Below, piece by piece: positions 55,461 to 64,000 of a DNA stretch of 64,000 bases (the stretch's first letter is position 1; every line of letters starts with the position of its first letter). The position numbers and the translations under genes are program-made. Origin of the DNA: the human T2T-CHM13v2.0 reference genome, Homo sapiens; NCBI RefSeq assembly GCF_009914755.1, contig NC_060928.1; one strand, written 5' to 3'. The notes beneath the pieces were generated by a model. That model saw only the letters and a program-made list of their open reading frames with translations, was not told the origin of the DNA and searched no databases.

Positions 55461-57867
55461 AGTCTTTAGAGTTTCCTTTATATAGATTATGCCATTGGCA
55501 TACAGAGACAATTCACTTCTTTATTTCTGACTTGGATGTCTTCCTTTTCTTTTTCTTATCTAATTACTCTGGGTGCTAGGTACCATGTTGAACAGAAGTG
55601 GCAAGAATGGGCATCCTTGTCTTATTCTTGATCTCAGTATAAAAGCTTTCAGTTTTCACTGTTGGGAATGATGTTCTCTGTGAGCTTTTCATATAGGACT
55701 TTTATAATGTGAAGTAATTTCCTTCTATTCCTAGTTGATTGGGCATTTTTTAATCATGAAAGGATGTTAAATGTTATCAAATGCCTTTTATACATCAATT
55801 AATATGATTATGTGATTTTTATCCTTCATTCTGTTGATTTGGGTGGTTTATGGCATTAATTGATTTCTGTATGTTGAACTATCCTTGTATCCTGGTTATA
55901 TATCCCACTTGGTCATGGTGTATGATCCTTTTAATGTGCTATTGAATTGAGTTTGTTAGTATTTTGTTTAGGAGGTTTGCATCTTTGTTCATCAGGAATA
56001 TTGGCCTGTAGTTTTCTTTTGATGTGTTTTTTTTTTCCTCTAGTTTTGGTATCAGAGCAATATTGGGCTCACAAAGACTTTGGAAGTGTTTCTTTCTCTT
56101 TAATTTTCTGGAAGATTTTGAGAAGGACTGGCTTTTATTCTTTAAATATTTGATTGAATTTGCCAGTGAAACCATCTGGTCCTAGGCTTTTCTTTGTTGG
56201 GAGGTTTTGATTACTGATTCAATCCCTTTACTAGTTAGAAGTCTGTTCAGCTTTTCTGTTTCTTTATGATTCAGTCTTAGTGGATTGTATGTGCCAAGGA
56301 TTTTATTCATTTCTTCTAGATTATCCAGTTTGTTGGTATGTAATTTTTCAGAGTAGTCTCTTACAATCGTTTGTGTTTCTGTGGCATCAGTTGTAATGCC
56401 CCTTCTTTCATTTTGATTTTGATTTCTTCTTTTGATTTTATTTAGTTGCATCTTCTTTCTTCTTTGTTATTCTAGCTGTAAATTTTGTTAACATTTATGA
56501 ATTTTATTTAAAAATTTTTTAAATTACTATTATTTCTTTTCCTGTTCTAGTCTTTATTATATTCTACCTTCTGCTAACTTTGGGCTTTTTTTTTCTTTTT
56601 CTAGTTATTTGAGGTATTAATATAAAGTTAGGCTATATATTTGAGTTATATCTTCTTGTCTAACATAGACATTTATATTATAAGCTTCCCTCTTAGTACT
56701 TCTTTTTTTGCATCCCATGTTTTAGTATGTTGTGTTTTTTTGTCTCAATGTATTTTCTAATTTTAATATTTTTCATTAGCCCACTGGTTGTTCAAAATGT
56801 GTTAATTTCAACATGTGTCAACTTTTCAGCTTTCCTTTTGATGCTGATTTCCAGTTTCATTCCATTGTGTTTGAAAAAGATACTTTATGTAATTTCAATC
56901 TTCTTAAACTATGTAAGACTTGTTTTGGAACCTAACATGTGATCTATCTGGCAGAATGTTCCATGTCTTCTTGAGAAAAATGTAGTTCTTCTGCTGTTGG
57001 ATGAAATGTTCTGTATTTTTTTTTATATTTGGTTTATAATATTGTTAAAGTTCACTGTTTCTTTGTTGACTTTCTGTCTGATTGTTCTGTCCATTACTGA
57101 AAGTAGGGTATTGAAGTCTCCTGCTATTATTGTATTGCAGCCTATTACTCTTATCAGTTCTATCAATGTTTCCTTATAAATTTCTGTGGCCCTATGTTGG
57201 ATGCACGCACACTTATTATTGTTACATCTTCCTGGTGGATTTACCCTTTTATCATTATGTAATGTTTTTCTTTGTCTTCTATGATAATAATTGACTTAAA
57301 GTCTATTTTATCTAGGTATAGTCATCCCATGCTCTAATTTGGTTAACATTTGTATCTTTTTTCATCTCTTTGCTTTCAGCCTATGTGTATCCTTAAATCG
57401 AAAGTAGATCTCTTTTTTAAAAAAATTATATCAAAATTAAAATAATTTAACCATCACCATTATAGTAATATGATATTCTTTATTAGACTATATATAACTT
57501 TACCAAGTTTTACATTTTAGCATCCTTTCATTTTAAGTTGAAGAACTCCCTTTAGCATTTCTTATAAGGCATGTCTAGTGGTGATGAATTTCCTCAGCTA
57601 TTGTTTGTTTTGGGAAAGTTGTTCCTTCATTTTTGATGGACGAGTTTGCCATGTAGAGTACTCTTGGGTGAGTTTCTTTTCTTTTTTCTTTCTTTCAGCT
57701 CTTTGAATGTATTATCCCACTGCCTTTTGGGATGTATGATATTTTTTGCAGAAAAATCCACTGATAGTCTTATGGAGGTTCACATGTACTTGACAAGTGG
57801 CTTTTAGCCTGATGCTTTCTCAATTCTCTCTGTTTTTGCTCTTGACAATGTCATTAGAATGTGCATG

Positions 57868-60739
57868 TTGATGAGATGTCAACTTGACTACAACAAGGAA
57901 TATCTTGAGAGCTCGTAAAGCATTACCTTTGTGTGTGTCTGTAAGGGTGTTTTCAGAGTAGATGGGCATGCAAGTTGGTGTACTGAGTAGGGAAGATCTG
58001 CCTTCTATGTGGGTGAACACTACCCAATTGGATGGGGGCCTGAATATAATAAAACAGCAGAAGATAGGTGAATTCTTTCTCTCTCTCTCTTTTTTTTTCC
58101 TGGAGCTAGGACAACCTTTTCTCTTTCCCTTGGACATCAGAACTTGAGGCTCCCTGGTATTTGGAACCTGGCACTCAGCCCTCTAGGTTCTCAGGCTTTC
58201 AATATCAAACTAAGAATTACACCATCACCTTCCCTAGTTCTGAGACTTTTGGACTTGGACTGAACCATGCTACTGGCATTGCAGGGTGTCCAACTTGCCG
58301 ATAGCCTATCCTAAGACTTCTCAGCCTCTTTAATTGAGTCAGCCAATACCACTATTAAATCTCATCTTCTATATACTGCCTTTTTAAAAAACACCAATTA
58401 AAGGTTTGCGGCAACCTGCTTTGAGCTAGTGTGTTGGCATCATTTTTCCAACAGCTTGTGTTCCCCGTGTGTCTCTGTGTCATGTTTTGGTAATTCTCAC
58501 AATATTTCAATCTTATGATTATTATTGTATCTGTTAGAGTGATTTGTGATCAATGAACTTTGGTGTTACTGTTGTAATTGTTTTGGGGTGCCACAAATCA
58601 TGCCCACATAAGAGTGCAAATTTACTAAATGTGGTGTGTGAACAACTGGGAGTCTGTCTTTTCATCTCCCTCCCTCTCCTCAAGCCTTCTTATGCTCTGA
58701 GATACAACAACATTGAAATTAGGCCAATTAATATCTCTACAATTGTCTCTAAGTTTTCAGGTGAAAAGAAGGGCTGCATGTCTCTCACTTTAAACCAAAA
58801 GTTAGAAATGATTAAGCTTAATGAGGAAGGTATGTCAAAAGCCAAAACAGGCTGAAAGCTAGGTCTCTTTGTCAAACGGCCAGGTTGTGAATGCTAAGAA
58901 AAAGTTCTAGAAGGAAATTAAAAGTGCCATTCTCATAGCACATGAATGATAAGGAAGTGAAACAGTCTTATTGCTGAGCTGGAGAAAGGTTAAGTGGTCT
59001 AGATAGAAGACCAAATGACCTATGACATTCCCTTAAGCCAAAGTCTAATCCTAAGCAAGGCCCTAACTCTTCTTAATTCTATGAAGGCTAAGAGAAGTAA
59101 GGAAGCTGCAGAAGAAAATTTGGAAGCTAGCAGAGGTTGGTTCATGAGGTTGAAGGAAAGAAGCCATTTGCATAACACAAACGTGTGAGGTGGCACAGCA
59201 AGTATTGATGTTGAAGCCACAGCAAGTTATCCAGAAGATCTAGCTAAGATCTTTGATGAAGGTGAATATACGAAACAACAGATGTTCAATGTAGATTAAA
59301 CAGCCTTATATTGGAAGAAGACACCATTATTCATAGCTAGAAAGAAGTCAATGCCCAGTCAAAGAACAGGCTAACACTCTTGTTAAGGGCTAATGCAACT
59401 GGTGACTTGAAGTTGAAGTCAATGCCCATTTACCATTTCAAAAATCCTAGGGCCCTTAAGAATTATGCAAAATCTACTCTCTTTGTGCTCTGGAAATGGA
59501 ACAACAAAGACTGGGTAACAGCACATTTGTTTACAACATGATTTACTGAAGACTTTAAACCCACTATTGAGACCTACCACTCAGGAAAAAAGACTCATTT
59601 TCAAACATTACTGCTCATTGACAATGCACCTGGTCACCCAAGAGCTCTGACGGAGATGTATTATACAAGGAGTTGTTTTCATGCCTGCTAATACAGCATC
59701 CATTCTTCAGACCATGAATCAAGGAGCCATTTTGACATTCACGTTTTATTATCTAAGAAATACATTTACTAAGGCTATATCTATCATAGATAGTAATTCC
59801 CCTGATGGATCTGGGCCAAATACATTGAAAACCTTCTGGAAAGGATTCACTCTTCTAGATACCATTAAGAACATTTGTTATTTATGAAAGGAAGTCAAAA
59901 TATCAACATTGACAGGAGTTTGGAAGAAGTTGATTATAACTTTTTTGGATGACTTTGAGTAGTTCAAAACTTCAGTGGAGGAATTAACTGCAGAGATGGT
60001 GGAAATAGCAAGAAAACTTAAATTAAAACTGGAACCTGAAAATGTGACTGAATTGTTGCAATTTCATGATAAAACTTGAACAGAAGATGCATTGATTCCT
60101 ATGGATGAGCAAAGAATGTGGTTTCCTGAAATGGACTCTACTCAGATCTTCTGGTGAATATACTGAGAACAATGTCAAAATGACAACACAGGATTTTGAT
60201 TATTACATGGACTTAGTTTATAAAGCAGCAGGAGTTTGAGAGGATTCACTCCAATTTTGAAAGATGTTCTGTAGATAAAAGGCTATCAAACAGCACTGCA
60301 TGTTAAAGACACATCTGCCATACAAGGAAGAGTCCATTGATCTAGCAAACTTCACTTTTGTCTATTTTAAGAAATTGCCACAGCCACCCCAGCCTTCAGC
60401 AAGCACCACTTTGATCAGTCAGCAGTCATCAACATCAAGGCAAGACTCTTTTATCAGCAAAAAAGATGAAACCTTGTTTAAAGCTCAGATGATTGTTAGC
60501 ATTTTTTAGTGATATTTTAAAATTAAGGTATGTTTATTATTTAATACATAATGCTATTATACATTTAGCAGACTACAGTTTAGTTTCTTATATGCACTGG
60601 GAAACCAAAACATTTGTATGACTAACTTTATGGCAATATTCACTTTATTGTGGTGGTTTGGAACTGATCTCTAAATATGTCTGAGGTATGGCTGTATTTC
60701 CTATTGGTTCTGTCTTTCTGGAGAAACTGGACTAATACA
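57868..60739 (+). mobile_element. MLT2 (ERVL) LTR split by Tigger1
   Basis: tgtcaacttgact...gtgtctgtaagggtgttt...ttggacttggactgaacca; resumes after Tigger1 as cctattggttctgtctttctggagaa...gactaataca. Confidence 0.85.
58372..60694 (+). mobile_element. Tigger1 DNA transposon, near full length, transposase disrupted
   Basis: Transposase remnants [49 protein letters not shown]. Right end gaggtatggctg-TA. Multiple stops. Confidence 0.93.
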
Positions 60740-60930
60740 ATTTGTGTGTATTACTTTAGTTTTATCTTTTTGGGGGCTTTCTGGGATTTCTGAATCTGAA
60801 TGTTCATTTCCTTCCTCAGATTTGGGATGATTTTAGCCATTATTTCTTAGAATTCGTTTCCTAATTATTTCTCCCTTTTTACTTCTTCTGTAATTCCCAT
60901 AATGCCTATCTTGGTCTGCTTGATGGAATC

Positions 60931-61805
60931 TGTAGGAAAAGCCTAAGTGTGTTTTTTACACTGTACTCTCCAGTAGAATACTTCTGACAACAGATGTGTG
61001 TGTGGCATTTTGCTTCAGATGCCAACCAGTCAGTTCTCTAGGGGATACCAATTGTTTGTCCTATAATTTATTTTTAAATTCTGTTTTCCTGGTGATAGTG
61101 TTGGATCACACAGCTCAAAGGCTCAGTCCAAGAAGACTGCCCCACACTTCAGATGCCAATAACAAGTCCCAGGTTGTGTCCTGTACTTCTGACTAACTGA
61201 CTGTAAATCTGGATTCCCCTGATCATGTCCTTGGGTTTGATTAATATGCTAGAGCAGCTCACAGAGCTCAGGAAAACACTTCACTTCACTTATTTTTACC
61301 CATTTATTGTGAAGGAATTATACAAAGGATATAGGTGATCAGGCAACTGGAGAATATGCACAGAACGAGGCATGTGAGAAGGGGCATAAAGCTTCCGTGC
61401 CCTCTCTGGGTACACCATCCTTTACAATCCTCTATGTCTCCAGCTTTCTGGAAGCTCTCTAAACCCTGTGTTTTGGGTTTTTTATGGAGGCATCATCATA
61501 AAGCCATGATTGATGAAATCTTCAGCCATTGGTGATCAACTCAACCTTCAACCTTTCTCCCCTCCCTGAAGGTTGCGGGGTGGGAATAAGGCTGAAAGTC
61601 CCAACTCTTTAATCATGTTTTGGTCTTTCTGGTGACCAGCCCCCATCCTAAGGCTATTCTAGGGGCCATGAACTGCCAGTCATCTTATTAGCATACAGAA
61701 GACATTCATCACTCCAGAGTGTTTACAGGTTTTAGGAGCTCTGTTCTAGGAAGCAAGAATGAAGATCAAATATATATATATCTTATTATAAGTTACATTA
61801 TCACA
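60931..61805. mobile_element. MER21-like LTR
   Basis: cccacacttcagatgccaat...tgtacttctgact...gctagagcagctcacagagctcaggaaaacac...ttattata...tatcaca. Confidence 0.8.
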
Positions 61806-63589
61806 GTGTCTTATAAGACCCTTTTCTTCACTCTTTTGTTTTTTCTTTTTTTGCTCTGAATTATTTTAAATGACCTGTCTTTATGTTTGCTCATTCTTTC
61901 TTCTGCTTATTCTAATGTGCCACTGATTTTCTCTATTGAATTTTTTAGTTTATTATATTCTTCAGCTTCAAGGTTTCTACCTGCTTCACTTTAAAATTTT
62001 CTCTTTGTTGAAATTCATACTTTGTGTATTGTTCTCCTGAGCATGTTGAACATTTTATTATTTATAAAGATATGACTGTTTGTTTTAAATTTTCTGTCAA
62101 GTAATTCATATATTTCCATTCGGGTTGGTTTTTGGAGTTTTATTTTATTCCTTTGTTTGGATCATGTTTGCCTGTTTCTTTATTTTTCTTGAGTCTTTGT
62201 ATTGTTATCTATGCAGCAGAAAAACCTCTACATCTCCCAGTTTCCACAGATTGATCGTGTGCTAGAGAAGACCTTCACCATTCAACCTGGCCAGTTTCTG
62301 TGTGTCTCTCAAACCTTCTTGGTAGTCTAAATCACTGCCTTTTTTAAAGTGGCTCCCAGGTGTCCAGAGTTTGTTAGGCTGTCTATCCTCCAAGAAAGGT
62401 GGGTAGAAGTAAACTCCTCTGGTAGCTCTTAGAGAAGTTGGAATGCCAGATCTATGATCCATCTCTTTTCCTTCCCCAAGAAGAATCTGGGCACTGGTGT
62501 TTTTTACGTGCTCACTCTGTGTTGAGCTCGGGTAGCATCTGTGATGAGTTCTGCACACTTGTTCAAAGCACCGCTTTGTTCTTTATAGCCTTCAGTGGTC
62601 TAGTGTATACTGGGCCCTATCAGTGCTCTGAGACAGATGAGAGAAAAGCCAGTCCCTTGAGTAGCACCAGAAAAAGTTGGGATGGCAGACATGTGGTTCA
62701 AGTGTTCTCAGGGAGAAGCTGGGAGCTAGGGTTTACTTCCGTTCCTTGCTGTGCACTGAGCTTTGGGGAGGAGCTGTGGCATGTCTTCATGCTAGTGCAA
62801 ACTGTTACTTTTTTCTCTGTAGTCCTCAGGGGCCTAGTGTGCTAGTGTATGATGTGCTTTATCAGCTTTCCAAGACAGGAGAGATAGAAGACAGTCTCTC
62901 TGCTAGTATGTGCAAAAACTGAGATGCTAGGTGTATGGTCCAACTGCTTCACTCCAGAGGAAGAAGCTGTAAGCTGAGGACTCCCTCATGATTATATTAT
63001 GCTGTGCTGGGGTTTTAGGGGTGGGGATTAGGGCTGGAGGGTGTCTTATTTTCCTACGAGTTCAGTGTGGCTGATTTCATACTCAACTGAGGTACAGAAG
63101 ACTCTCAACTAGTTTTAGAATTTCTCACAAAGAAGATTGATCCATTTGTTGTTGAATTTTTATGTCCTTGAGGGGGAGTAAGAGTCCAGGGCTTCCTTTT
63201 TCACTATCTTGCTGACATCACTCTTAGGGAAACAGACTTTTCAATAGAGTCATATGCAGTCCCTCATTCATTTCTTCACCTACTACTTACTATACTATCC
63301 ACTCCAATCTAGCCTCTTTCTCAACTGAAAAAAAGTTCTTTCTTTTGCTGAATCCCATGGAAAGCTTTCAGTCCTCATCTCAACCTCTCAGCAACTTTTG
63401 GCCCTGTTAGCCAACTCTTTCATGAAATATTCTTTTTTTTCCTTGAGTTCTGTTGGTGCCACACACTGCTGGATTTACCCCTTCTTCCTGGGCTATTTAT
63501 TCTTTGAATTATTGGCTTATCTTTTCCTATCTGCTTATTAAATATTGCAATTCCTCACATTTCAATTCCATGTCTTTTTTTTTTTAACC

Positions 63590-63775
63590 ATAAACTCTCT
63601 TTTCAAACAAGTGATTCTTCTGATAATTAAAATCATCTGAAGAGCTTTTTAAAAACCCTGATGCCCGGGCCACATCCAAAACTAATTAAATCTAGATATG
63701 GGTGATGGGATGAGGTATCAGTAATTTCTAGAATTCCTCAGCTGAATCCAATCTGTTTCCAACCTTGAGAATCCA
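63590..63775. mobile_element. MER5A-like hAT element within an L2 remnant
   Basis: aatcatctgaagagctttttaaaaa...tgatgcccgggccacatcc...ttgagaatcca. Confidence 0.65.
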
Positions 63776-64000
63776 TAAACAAATTTATCTAAACTCACAG
63801 CTTTAAATACCATTTTTTTTATATCAGAATAAAGATCATGTATGTTTGATTCTCAAGTGCATAACCTGTACATAGCAAGTGCATGGCACATAGGAAATTC
63901 TCTGAAACTGTTAAATGAATTAAGGAATGACTAAAGTGAGAGAGAAATTTAGCATATTGGTGGTTGCATAACTGGTAAAGCTCCTTAAGGAAACTTAGTA

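Larger units (their letters stand above)
53680..63220 (-). mobile_element. Long fragmented L1MA/MB element, antisense to GLRB, hosting several later insertions
   Basis: 3' end ttaatatgagttct...tactgttaactataggcaca at ~53700. ORF2 remnant peptides on the - strand in the ORF track: [61 protein letters not shown]. Confidence 0.85.

Noticed and set aside
54952-60509. L1 ORF2 and Tigger1 transposase ORF pieces as active or domesticated genes
   Set aside because: Fragmented by stops and frameshifts; the transposase DDD motifs are damaged (FNVD followed by a stop; MNQG where MDQG is expected).

Overview
Primate (almost certainly human) genomic DNA, AT-rich and dense in repeats. It contains the 5' end of GLRB (glycine receptor beta subunit) on the + strand. 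A TATA-less CpG-island promoter lies at ~27.5-28.1 kb, a non-coding exon 1 ends at the donor at 27794, and coding exon 2 spans 29493-29643 (ATG at 29522; [41 protein letters not shown], signal peptide plus lysine-rich N-terminus). The remaining ~34 kb is intron 2; I did not find exon 3 (QQSAEDLARVP...) in the window. The rest is a fossil record of mobile DNA: about 20 Alu/FLAM/FRAM copies, a degraded ERVL pol, MaLR/MLT2/MER21/MER4-type LTRs, L1, L2 and CR1 fragments, Tigger1, Charlie1, MER2/MER20/MER47/MER58 and an hY3 RNA retrocopy. I see no evidence of a new multi-gene biological system. The best leads are a candidate 61-nt stop-containing (poison) exon in GLRB intron 2, a perfect 48-bp tandem duplication doubling an AP-1 site ~4.8 kb upstream of the promoter, a tiny 5'-inverted L1 with a 24-bp TSD, and a Y3-in-MER2-in-MLT1 triple nest. 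Repeat family names and boundaries come from recalled consensus motifs, not an alignment, and are approximate.
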